Positions 37,638 to 47,815 of a DNA stretch of 64,000 nucleotides are shown one piece after another. The stretch is from an uncultured Chloroflexia bacterium. GTDB taxonomy: Bacteria; Chloroflexota; Dehalococcoidia; GIF9; UBA5629. Location of the stretch: contig CAWAQY010000001.1 in NCBI GenBank assembly GCA_963784375.1, positions 219,788 to 283,787 of the forward strand, given 5' to 3'. Position 1 is the first letter of the stretch. Each line of letters begins with the position of its first letter. Position numbers and translations under genes: made by a program. Under the pieces are notes generated by a model, which worked only from the letters and a program-made list of their open reading frames with translations, did no database searches and had not been told where the DNA came from.

Positions 37638-38525
37638 TTATCCTCTGATGATGGCGTCGCTCATCCGGCAGACCCGTACCATTTCTTTGACATCGTGGAC
37701 ACGGACCATGTCCGCTCCTTTGGCGATGCCAATTGCAACTGTAGCCGCCGTTCCTTCAGTACGCTGGTCGGGCGGCAGGCCTAACGTGGACGCGATGACA
37801 GATTTTCTGGAAGTAGCCAGCAGAATGGGCCTTCCCAGTACCTTCAACTCATCCAACTTTCGCATTATTTCCAGGTTTTGCTCCAGTGTTTTACCAAAGC
37901 CTATACCCGGGTCGATGATGATGTTATCCCAGGGAACACCTGCATCCAGAGCTGTATCCATGGACCATTTGAGATCGGCAATGACTGCCGGCATGATATA
38001 ACGTTTTTGTTTTTCCCTTTGATTGGACATGAGAATCATGGGCACATTATTATCTGCTGCCAGCCTGGCCAGGTTTACATCTTTTTTCAGCCCCCAGATA
38101 TCATTAATCATTTGAGCTCCAGCATCTAACGCCTGCCTGGCTACTTCGTGGTGATAGGTATCAATGCTCAGAGGTACATTTATTCTGGCCGAAAGTTTTT
38201 TCACTACAGGTATAACCCGGTGAAGTTCCTGCGCAATTGCCTCCTCAGTTGATAGCGGCGCGGTCCCGGGGCGGGTTGATTCGCCACCTATATCAATGAT
38301 ATCTGCACCTTCAGCAACGAAACGCTGGGCCTGTGCCACGGCCTGGCCGATATCCGCTATTCCATCGCCCGAGAAGGAGTCAGGCGACATATTGAGAATG
38401 CCCATCACATACGTACGTTTTCCCCACTGGAAATCTGTATTCCCGCAACGGGTAATGCCGGTAGAGCCAACGCTCCGTTTCTTACGCCATTTATCCAGAG
38501 TAACTTTATTAGTTCTGATGGTCAT
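37638..38525 (-). CDS. folP: Dihydropteroate synthase
   Basis: MGILNMSPDSFSGDG.., GADIIDIGGESTRPG.., INDIWG.., DPGIGFGKT. Confidence 0.9.
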   Translation of the reverse strand: MTIRTNKVTLDKWRKKRSVGSTGITRCGNTDFQWGKRTYVMGILNMSPDSFSGDGIADIGQAVAQAQRFVAEGADIIDIGGESTRPGTAPLSTEEAIAQELHRVIPVVKKLSARINVPLSIDTYHHEVARQALDAGAQMINDIWGLKKDVNLARLAADNNVPMILMSNQREKQKRYIMPAVIADLKWSMDTALDAGVPWDNIIIDPGIGFGKTLEQNLEIMRKLDELKVLGRPILLATSRKSVIASTLGLPPDQRTEGTAATVAIGIAKGADMVRVHDVKEMVRVCRMSDAIIRG

Positions 38526-38576
38526 TCGTTGACTATTTTATCACAGATATATGCTTGAGCCATGAAACGAACACTG

Positions 38577-38811
38577 CCATCCTGAGGAGACCTCACGCAG
38601 TCGGGACGACGAAGTATCTCCGTCCACATTTCAGATACTTCACTCATATGTCATCCTGAACATAGTGAAGGATCCCGCCCGAAATAATCGGGAACCAGTA
38701 CCTCGATTATCTTAAAATGTAAAGTGCAAAGTTGAAGGGATTCTTCTCCCGATTACATCGGGATCAGAATGACAGGGTGAATCCGTTCGTTCGCTGAGCG
38801 GAGTCGAAGTG
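38577..38811. repeat. Mosaic array of palindromic repeat modules (rcM2, M1, rcB, rcM3); largely an inverted version of 55314..55560
   Basis: rcM2 at 38577-38622, M1 at 38650-38676 (GTCATCCTGAACATAGTGAAGGATCC), rcB at 38737-38773 (GGGATTCTTCTCCCGATTACATCGGGATCAGAATGAC), rcM3 at 38783-38811. Confidence 0.85.
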
Positions 38812-38925
38812 ATCCCGTCACATATATCCACCACTTCGCTTATTCGGTGCTGATTATGTTAAAATACCGACTGGTCTGACAACAAAATTGTATGGTCTTT
38901 ATTTTATTGCAAAACGGAGCGTAAA

Positions 38926-40478
38926 ATGGGAACGCGGGATAAAACCAATGAACTGGCTAAACGAAAACAGCAAACTATGGCTGGCGGTGGTCCCAAACGC
39001 ATTGAAGCTCAACATAAAAGAGGAAAATTAACCGCAAGGGAGCGTATTGACGTCCTTTTCGATCCCGGGACTTTTGAAGAGCTGGACCCATTTGTCGTTC
39101 ACAGTTGCACCGATTTTGAAATGGAAAACCAGAAGTTTCCCGGCGACTCCGTGGTCACCGGTTTTGGCAAAATAAGCGGGCGGGACACGTTTGTATTTTC
39201 TCAGGATTTCACTGTCTTTGGCGGTTCGCTTTCTAAAGTAGCTGCGGAAAAAATCTGCAAGGTCATGGATACCGCTGCTAAAGTAGGGGCGCCGGTTATC
39301 GGGTTGCTTGATTCGGGAGGAGCACGTATTCAGGAGGGTGTGGATAGCTTATTTGGTTATGCTCAGATTTTCACCCGCAACACGCTTTTTTCAGGAGTTA
39401 TCCCACAGATTTCCGTGGTTATGGGGCCATGTGCCGGCGGGGCAGTGTATTCACCTGCGATAACCGATTTTATTTTCATGGTAAAGGGCACGGGGCAAAT
39501 GTATATCACCGGTCCCGCGGTTATCAAGTCGGTAACCGGCGAAGAGGTTGATTTTGAGGAACTTGGCGGTGCCATGACCCATGCCAGCAAGATCAGGCAA
39601 TTGTCATTTTGTTGCCGATAATGACCAGCAATGTCTGGAAATGGTACGCAAGCTGCTCAGCTTCTTGCCGCAGAACAATACGGAAGAGCCTCCCTTTATA
39701 GATACGGGCGATGACCCCAGAGAATCGATGAGGAACTGCTTTCCATCATCCCGGACAGCCCGAATAAGGTTTACGACATGAAGAGCATCATAAACAAAAT
39801 CGTCGATAATGGTGATTTCTTTGAAGTCCACAGCAAATTTGCCCGCAACCTGATTGTGGGATTTGCCAGGCTTGGCGGCCAGGGTGTTGGGATTGTCGCT
39901 CAACAACCGGCTTTTAATGCTGGCGTCATAGATGTAGATGCTTCAGATAAAGGTGCCAGGTTTGTCACGGTTTTGCGATTGTTTCAATATCCCCGTGATT
40001 ACTCTCGTTGATGTGCCGGGATATATGCCGGGCACTGACCAGGAATTCAGAGGGATAATCAGGCACGGCGCAAAATTTCTTTACGCCTATGCAGAAGCTA
40101 CAGTACCCAAAATCAGCGTTGTCACCCGCAAAGCCTACGGAGGGGCCTATATTGTGATGAGCAGCAAGAGGCTTACGCGGAGATATTAATTTTGCCTGGC
40201 CAACTGCTGAAATTGCTGTAATGGGCCCTGATGGAGCAGTCAATATCGTTTTCAAGGATACCATTGACAAATCCAGTACCCCTGAAGAAACCAGGAAACA
40301 ACTGATCGATGACTACAGGGAAAAATTCGCCAATCCTTACGTAGCTGCAGGCAAGGGTTATCTTGATGATGTTATTGATCCCAGGACCACCCGACCCATG
40401 CTTATTAAAGCATTGGAAATGCTCAAAAATAAGGTTGATACCAATCCGTCTAAAAAACATGGAAACATTCCTCTTTAA
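38926..40478 (+). pseudogene. Acyl-CoA carboxyltransferase (methylmalonyl-CoA carboxyltransferase 12S / propionyl-CoA carboxylase beta), 4 frame disruptions
   Basis: Five ORF-track fragments read through as one carboxyltransferase (..[10 protein letters not shown].., ..[12 protein letters not shown].., ..[12 protein letters not shown].., ..RLGGQGVGIVAQQP.., ..[21 protein letters not shown].., ..[11 protein letters not shown]..). Shifts are near 39590, 39725, 39968 and 40175. Confidence 0.85.
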
Positions 40479-40490
40479 GAGTTTTGCGAA

Positions 40491-40697
40491 TTGGAAAAAA
40501 AACTTTTAGTAGCCATCACCAGCGCAGTCACCTCTTATATCAGCGAGGAAGAGATTACAACCTCAGATTCTGGAGCGAAACTGAGTACGTGGTGGCTTCT
40601 CGGGCAGAGAAAGCAGATGGGAGCTCGGAAAAACTCTACAATCAGACACGACCTAAGCCGGGATCGGGAATGTGGCCGATATCACAATCTATTGTAG
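40491..40697 (+). CDS. Small OadG-like (decarboxylase gamma-like) subunit, TTG start
   Basis: The segments EKKLLVAITSAVTSYISEEE and ..STWWLLGQRKQM resemble small subunits encoded beside biotin decarboxylases/carboxylases. This is a weak assignment from memory of the motif. Confidence 0.35.
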   Translation: MEKKLLVAITSAVTSYISEEEITTSDSGAKLSTWWLLGQRKQMGARKNSTIRHDLSRDRECGRYHNLL

Positions 40698-40773
40698 TGC
40701 CCGGTACCAGGCAATTCAAACTTTCGAAATGACTATTTTTAAATTGCTTTTAATTAAATGATTATGGAGTTTG

Positions 40774-42697
40774 ATGACAATGGCAACAACAGCCAAAAAA
40801 AAGAATCCTGTAAAAATTACCGACCTCACTTTCCGGGATGGGCATCAGTCTTTATTTGCTACCCGTGTGCGAACTGCTGATCTTGAGGCAATTGCCCCGG
40901 AGATGAACAAGGTGGGATTCTGGTCTATGGAAGTGTGGGGTGGTGCTACCTTCGATGTCATGACCCGTTTCTTAAATGAGGATCCCTGGGAAAGGATTCG
41001 CTTATTTAAGAAATTGATGCCAGATACCAGATTGCAGATGCTTTTACGCGGCCAGAACCTGGTGGGGTATCGCAACTATGCCGATGATGTGGTCACTGCA
41101 TTTGTGCACCATGCTGCAGATTGCGGAATTGATGTCTTCCGCGTTTTCGACGCGGTAAATGATGAACGTAATTTTCAGACTGCGTTTAAGGCAATCAAAG
41201 AAAAGGGAAAGCATATTCAGGGAACCTTGAGTTACTCGTTAACCGAACGCCAGGCTAGGCGGCCCGGTATATACCATTGATTATTATGTAAAGAAGGCAC
41301 TTATTATCCAGGATATGGGAGCCGACAGCCTGTGCATTAAGGATATGGCCGGCCTCATTGCTCCTGGACGATGCTTATGAACTGGTTAGAGCTTTGAAGC
41401 AGGCTCTGAAAATACCGGTGAATTTACATAGCCACTTTACCAGCGGCATGGCCTGCATGAGTATACTGAAAGCCACAGAAGCGGGAGTTGATTTTATCGA
41501 TACCTGTATTGCTCCTTTTGCTTTGCGTACCTCTCATCCAGCCATAGAGCCTCTGGTAGTTGCCCTTCAAGGTTCGCCGAGAGATACAGGACTTAAACCT
41601 GCAGCAACTGCTCAAACTCGGGCGAGTATTTTGAATCTATTGCTCCTAAATACCGTGACTTCCTGGATACGACCAAGATGTCGGTTATCGATACCGGTGT
41701 ACTCTGGCATCAGATTCCGGGAGGAATGTTCACCAATATGGTAGCCCAGTTGAAGGAAGCCAATGCCCTGGATCGTATACAGGAAGTTTACGCTGAATTG
41801 CCCCGAACCCGTAAGGAGCTTGGTTATCCGCCGCTGGTTACTCCCACCAGCCAGATTATCGGGGCACAGGCGATACAAAATGTGTTGTTCGGCAGATATA
41901 AAATGATTTCCGATCAGACCAAAGATTATGTGTACGGTTTATACGGCAAGCCTCCAGCTCCAATTGACCCTGAGGTTCAGAAGATAGTTCTCAAAAATTA
42001 TTCACGAGGCAATAAACCCATCACTGTCCGTCCCGCCGATATTATCGAGCCGGAATTACAGAAAGCCAAAGATGCGACTAAAGATATTGCCAAAGACATC
42101 GGCGATGTACTGGTTTACGCCCTCTATCCCACAACCGGGATGCGTTTCCTGCGCTGGAAATATGGCCTTGGAAAAACCGCCGGCGGAAACAAAAGCAAAA
42201 ACTCTGGAAGATGTAAAACGGGAAGACGACCTCATTGCACAAGCAAAGACCGGCAAGATGGTAGAGAAAATTGAACTGAAAGCACCGGCCAAAGGACGTG
42301 GACTCAGGACGTTTAATGTGTATGTCGGCGAAGAATATTATAAAGTCGAGGTAGAACCCGCTGGCAATTCTGCCCTGCCGGGCTCAGTGCAGAAACCTGT
42401 CACGTCGCCCGGGCCCGACCCCGAAAGAACTCAGCTTCAAAGCCTGAAAGTCCATCTTCTTCCGAAAGGAAAATCGCTGCCGGCGAGACTGCGATCAGAG
42501 CTCCGATACCGGGCACTGTAATCCGCTTTTTGGTTAAAGAGGGCGATGAGGTCAAAGCTGGCACAGGCATAGTGGTATTAGAAGCTATGAAGATGGAAAA
42601 CATGATAGAATCTCCAGTCTCCGGCAGGATCAAGTCAATCAAGTTCAACCCTGGCTCAAAAGTAAGCAAGGACGAAATCCTGGCTATAATCGGCTAG
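40774..42697 (+). pseudogene. Oxaloacetate decarboxylase alpha / pyruvate carboxylase B / transcarboxylase 5S-type carboxyltransferase with fused biotinyl domain, about 6 frame disruptions
   Basis: [12 protein letters not shown].., ..CIKDMAGL.., ..HSHFTSGMA.., ..MSVIDTGVLWHQIPGGMFTN.., and a C-terminal ..VVLEAMKMENMI.. biotinylation motif. Shifts are near 41255, 41355, 41600, 41625, 42172-42176 (A5) and about 42420. Confidence 0.85.
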
Positions 42698-42702
42698 TTT
42701 TT

Positions 42703-43956
42703 ATGGGACAGACCTTAAGCGAAAAAATATTAAGTGCGAAAGCGGGAGTTGACGCCAGAGCAGGCGATATTGTAGTTGCTCCTGTTGACTTAGCTTTTGT
42801 TCAGGACACCACCGGCCCTCTCACCATCAGGCAGTTTCAGGAAGCCGGGTTTAAGAAGCTGGCCAATCCATCAAAAACCATTCTTTTCATAGATCACGCT
42901 GTCCCAAGTCCAAACAGCCAGTTATCCAACGATCAACAGTTCATTCGAGAGTTCGCCAAAGAAACCGGCTGCGTCATTTCAGAGGGTGGCAGCGGTGTCT
43001 GCCACCAGATAGTTGCCGAGAAATTTGCCAATCCCGGAGATATTATCGTTGGAGCAGATTCCCATACGGTAACCGGCGGTGCTCTGGGAGCATTTGCCAC
43101 CGGAATGGGTTCGAGTGATGTAGCGATTGCCTTTGCCCTGGGCAAAACCTGGTTCAGGGTACCAGAGAGCTTTAAAATTGTGGTTAATGGCAGATTTGGA
43201 GATAGAGTTAATGCCAAAGACCTGGTCCTTTATCTGGCTGGCAAAATTGGGGCGGACGGGGCTAACTATAAAGCACTGGATTTTCAGGGTGAAGTGGTGG
43301 ATAAAATGCCCATATCCCAACGGCTGACAATAGCTAATATGGCAGTAGAAGTTGGAGCCAAGGTTGGCCTTTTCCCAAGCGACAACATCACTAAGAACTA
43401 TCTCTCAAGCCAGAGACGAGGTGATAAGTATAAGCCGCTGTACCCGGATAGCGATGCCAGTTACGAACAAATAATTACTATCGATGCTTCTCAGCTTGAG
43501 CCGATGGTAGCCATACCCCATGCAGTTGATAATGTGGCACCGGCACGCACCCTGGAGGGAACCAAAATCAACCAGGTGTTTATCGGTACCTGTACCAACG
43601 GCCGTCTTGAAGATCTGGCGGTGGCTGCCGACATTTTAAAGAACAAGCATAGCCATGCTGACGTGAGGTTAATTGTAGCCCCTGCCTCGAGAGATGTGCT
43701 TCTGGATGCGATGAAAAAAGGCTATATACAAACGCTGGTCAATGCCGGAGCAATCCTGGTGCCGCCGGGATGCGCTGCCTGTCTGGGACTTCACCAGGGT
43801 GTGCTTGGAGATAAGGAGGTCTGCCTTTCTACAGCCAATCGTAATTTTAAGGGCAGGATGGGTAATCCCGAATCTTTCATTTATTTAGCCAGCCCGGCTA
43901 CTGCAGCAGCATCAGCTATTACCGGGGAAATCACGGATCCGAGGAAGATTTTTTAA
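42703..43956 (+). CDS. Aconitase-family dehydratase large subunit (LeuC/HacA type)
   Basis: Intact 417 aa: MGQTLSEKIL.., ..VDLAFVQDTTGP.., ..GADSHTVTGGALGAF.., ..IGTCTNGR.., ..PGCAACLG. Confidence 0.85.
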   Translation: MGQTLSEKILSAKAGVDARAGDIVVAPVDLAFVQDTTGPLTIRQFQEAGFKKLANPSKTILFIDHAVPSPNSQLSNDQQFIREFAKETGCVISEGGSGVCHQIVAEKFANPGDIIVGADSHTVTGGALGAFATGMGSSDVAIAFALGKTWFRVPESFKIVVNGRFGDRVNAKDLVLYLAGKIGADGANYKALDFQGEVVDKMPISQRLTIANMAVEVGAKVGLFPSDNITKNYLSSQRRGDKYKPLYPDSDASYEQIITIDASQLEPMVAIPHAVDNVAPARTLEGTKINQVFIGTCTNGRLEDLAVAADILKNKHSHADVRLIVAPASRDVLLDAMKKGYIQTLVNAGAILVPPGCAACLGLHQGVLGDKEVCLSTANRNFKGRMGNPESFIYLASPATAAASAITGEITDPRKIF

Positions 43957-44463
43957 TGTCAGCTAACTGAATTAAAGGGAAAAGCACACAAGTTTGGCGA
44001 TAATATTTCTACAGACCTGATTATTGCAGGCCGCTATGCACACTTAAGAAGCAATTTACCCGAGCTGGCAAAACACGTAATGGAAGATGCTGATAAAACT
44101 TTTGTTACAAAAGTAAAACCCGGTGATTTCATTGTCGCCGGTAAGAATTTCGGCCTCGGTTCCAGCCGGGAACACGCTCCTCTGGTAATCAAGATGTCAG
44201 GGATAAGTGCCATACTGGCAAAATCCGTTGCCCGTATCTTTTTCAGGAACGCAATAAACCAGGGGTTGCCGGTTCTGATATGTGATACCGACAAGATTGA
44301 CACGGGGGATATGTTAGGAGTAGACTTATCGGCGGGTAAAATTAACGACCTGACCAATGGTATCCAGCTCACATTTGGCAAAATCCCACCCGTTATGCTG
44401 AATATTCTTGCTGAAGGCGGGCTTATTCCGTATATCAACAAACATGGAGATTTCAAGCTCTAA
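43955..44463 (+). CDS. Aconitase-family dehydratase small subunit (LeuD/HacB type); start region ambiguous or frameshifted
   Basis: ..LKGKAHKFGDNISTDLIIAGRY.., ..GKNFGLGSSREHAP... The frame is open from the leuC-type stop, but the only ATG (43955) is one frame off, next to an A4 run at about 43975. Confidence 0.75.
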
Positions 44464-44486
44464 ACCTGTCCGTGGGAGCGTGAGGT

Positions 44487-45591
44487 ATGCCTTATAGGGT
44501 TACTCTTATTCCAGGGGATGGAGTGGGGCCCGAGGTTACTGAAGCAACCAAAAGGGTGGTGGAGGCTACTGGAGTCGAATTCAAATGGGACGTCGGGATC
44601 GTCGGTGAGAAAGCGCAGACCCAGTTTGGCACTCCCCTTCCTGAAGATATCCTTATTTCAATTAAAAAGAACGGGGTGGCCCTCAAAGGACCTGTTACTA
44701 CACCTATAGGTATCGGGATTTCGAAGCGTTAATGTGGCTCTTCGGAAAAGTCTAGACCTTTTCGCCTGCGTTCGTCCCTGCAAAATATATCCGGGAGTTC
44801 CCACGCCCTTCAACAATGTTGACATCGTTATTATCAGGGAGAATACTGAAGACCTTTACGCAGGAATCGAATATGCCCGGGGGACAAAAGAAGCAGAAAA
44901 GCTTATCGATTTTATTCAGAGCACGGGTAATTCAAAGATCAAAAGGGATTCTGGCTTCAGCATAAAAATGATCTCTGAATCCGGCTCGAGACGCATCGTG
45001 AAGTTTGCTTTTGAATATGCCCGGGCGAATAGCAGAAAGAAAGTTACCGCCGGGCATAAAGCTAATATTATGAAATTTTCCGATGGCCTTTTCCTATCGG
45101 TTGCACGGGAAGTGGCCAGAGAATATCCTGATATAGAGTTTGAGGATGTGGTAGTAGATGCTCTGTGCATGCGCCTGGTAAGAAATCCCGGTGTTTTCGA
45201 TGTAATAGTATTGCCGAATCTTTATGGAGACATTGTTTCAGACCTTTGTGCCGGATTAATCGGTGGGTTGGGATTGGCCCCAGGGGCTAATATCGGTGAA
45301 GGTATTGCAGTTTTTGAACCCACCCATGGCAGCGCTCCTCAATATGCGGGCCAAAATAAAGTAAATCCTATGGCAATGATGCTTTCAGCGGTGTTGATGT
45401 TGCGACACCTTGGAGAAAACTTGGCTGCTGACAGATTGGAAAAAGCTATAGCAAGGGTAATTGCTGAAGGCAAGGATGTTACCTACGACCTGAAACCAAA
45501 ACAAACTCGAAATGTAACGGGTACCTCACAGGTAGCCGATGCAATAATAAAAAAAATGAAGGAGGACTACATTGTCAGAAAAAGTATCTAA
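44487..45591 (+). CDS. icd: Isocitrate dehydrogenase (prokaryotic NADP type), one frame disruption
   Basis: ..ALKGPVTTPIG.., ..IIRENTEDLYAGIEY.., ..HKANIMKFSDGLF.., ..GANIGEGIAVFEPTHGSAPQYAGQNKVNP.. closely parallel E. coli Icd. The shift is near 44720. Confidence 0.85.
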
Positions 45592-46929
45592 AGAAGAATT
45601 GCTGGCTAAAGCATTAAAGCCGGCAAAGGATGCTATGATCTTACATCCTTTTTACAAAGGGAAGATGCAAACCGTACCCAAGTGTTGCGTTCGAAATGTC
45701 GATGATTTTGCTATCTGGTACACTCCAGGAGTAGCCGAGCCCTGTAAAGCGATTAAAGCCGACAAAGAGAAGGTCTATGAATATACCAGTAAATGGAATA
45801 CGGTGGCCGTGGTCTCTGATGGAACCAGGGTTCTGGGACTTAGGAGATATTGGACCTGAGGCTGCCATGCCGGTGATGGAAGGGAAGGCATTACTATTTA
45901 AATATCTGGGCGGCGTAGATGCTGTTCCTATCTGTCTTAATACCAAAGACCCGGACGAGATTATCAATGCAGTTAAGTTGATTCAGCCTTCATTTGGTGG
46001 GATCAATCTGGAAGATATTTCCAACCCCAAATGTTTTTATATATTGGATAAGCTGCGCGCTGAAGCCGAAATACCGGTATGGCATGATGATCAGCAGGGC
46101 ACTGCTGCTGTGACACTTGCCGGGCTGATCAATGCCTTAAAAGTTGTCGGCAAGAAAATAGATAAAATTACGCTGACTGTTAATGGCATAGGTGCAGCCA
46201 ATGTGGCTATCCTGAGGTTGCTTTTTACTGCCGGAGTTAAACCGCAAAATACTCTGGTTGTCGATAGTAAAGGCATATTACATAAAGGTAGAAAAGACCT
46301 TGAAGAGAAACAGAAGGAAAATCCGTACAAGTGGGATCTTATGTCTAAAAACAAACCCCGATAAAAGAACGGGCGGAATAGCCGAAGCTTTGAGGGGAAC
46401 TGATGTGTGCATATCGCTTTCCGCATCGGGACCAGGTGTCATCAAGCCCGAGTGGGTGAGCAAGATGGCAAAGGATTCTATCATTTTTGTGTGCGCTAAC
46501 CCGATTCCGGAGATCTGGCCCTGGGAAGCCAAGGAAGCTGGCGCCAGGATTGTTGCTACGGGCAGGTCTGATTTCCCCAACCAGGTTAACAACTCGACCG
46601 GTTTCCCCGCTATTTTCCGCGGCACCCTGGATGTCAGGGCCAAGACAATCACTGATGAAATGTGCATTGCAGCTGCATATGAACTCGCTAAATGCGCTGA
46701 GGATCGGGGTATAAGCGAGGATAATATTGCGGCTACGATGTCCGAATGGGACGTATTTATTCGTGAAGCTGTAGCCGTAGGAATGAAAGCTCAGGAGCAG
46801 GGTGTTGCCAGGATTAAAGCAACTCGAGAGCAGCTCACGAAACAAGCTGAGACCATGATTAAGAATGCCAGGGAGACGACTGAACTTTTGATGAAAGAAG
46901 GGCTTATTCCCCCTCCACCAAAAACTTAG
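45572..46929 (+). CDS. NAD(P)-dependent malic enzyme, two frame disruptions, TTG start
   Basis: ..YTPGVAEPC.., ..VVSDGTRVLGLGDIGP.., ..FGGINLEDI.., ..VWHDDQQGTA.., ..CANPIPEI... AGGAGG lies 6 nt before the TTG. Shifts are near 45845 and 46345. Confidence 0.85.
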
Positions 46930-46968
46930 TCGATTTGATAATTTCTCCGAGAAAGGAGTATACGAAAA

Positions 46969-47815
46969 GTGAGAGAAATTGATACAAAAAAAATAACCGA
47001 AACCGTTTCCCGATTGAGCCAGGAAGCAAATTTTTCTCTTCCTGATGATGTTTTTGAAGCTTTGTACAAAGCCCGTAAAGCTGAAGAATCCCCAACGGGG
47101 CAGCAAATACTGGACCAGATTATTGAAAATGACAAGCTTGCCATGAAAGAAGGGGTCGCTATCTGCCAGGATTGCGGTGCCACAGTTGTCTATCTGGAAG
47201 TAGGCCAGGATGCACATGTTGTCGGCGGTGATCTCTATAAAGCCGTTAACGACGGAGTTAAAGAAGGATATGAAAAAGGCTATTTGCGTAAATCCATGGT
47301 CAATAAACCTTTTTCAGCTCGCGTCAACACCGGTGATAATACTCCCGCCATCATACACACCGATATCGTTCCGGGAGATAAACTCAAAATAACAGTAGTG
47401 ACTAAAGGCGGTGGCAGTGAAAATATGAGCCGTCTGGTCATGCTTACCCCTGCTGCAGGTCGCCAGGGTATTATCGATGCCGTGGTAAAAGCTGTAGATG
47501 ATGCTGGCAGCAATCCTTGCCCACCGATTATTGTCGGAGTTGGTATTGGGGGCACGGCTGAGAGAGCAATGGAATTAGCCAAGAAATCGCTATTGCGCAA
47601 AGTCGGGAGCACCAAGCCCTGATCCAGAAAATGCTGATTTAGAGAAGGAATTACTGAAGCGAGTTAATGCTCTGGGCATAGGCCCGCAGGGATTTGGAGG
47701 CAGGATTACGGCGTTAGCAGTAAATGTCGAGACTTTTCCTGCTCATATGGCTACCATGCCGCTGGCTATAAACATACAATGTCATGCGGCGCGTCATAAG
47801 GAGGCTGCCTTATGA
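46969..47815 (+). CDS. Class I (Fe-S) fumarate hydratase, alpha (N-terminal-domain) subunit, one frame disruption
   Basis: ..AICQDCGATVVYLEVG.., ..TVVTKGGGSENMS.., ..PPIIVGVGIGGT.., then ..ALGIGPQGFGGRITALAV..INIQCHAARH.. after a shift near 47610. The stop overlaps the sdhA start. Confidence 0.85.

Noticed and set aside
46345-47217. 290-aa minus-strand ORF, plus other long antisense ORFs (33681..34325, 48152..48745, 12859..13326, 15000..15461)
   Set aside because: They lie antisense to genes with strong motif support (malic enzyme/fumarase, MFS, sdhA, AOR, dehydrogenase). They have odd composition and no recognisable motifs.
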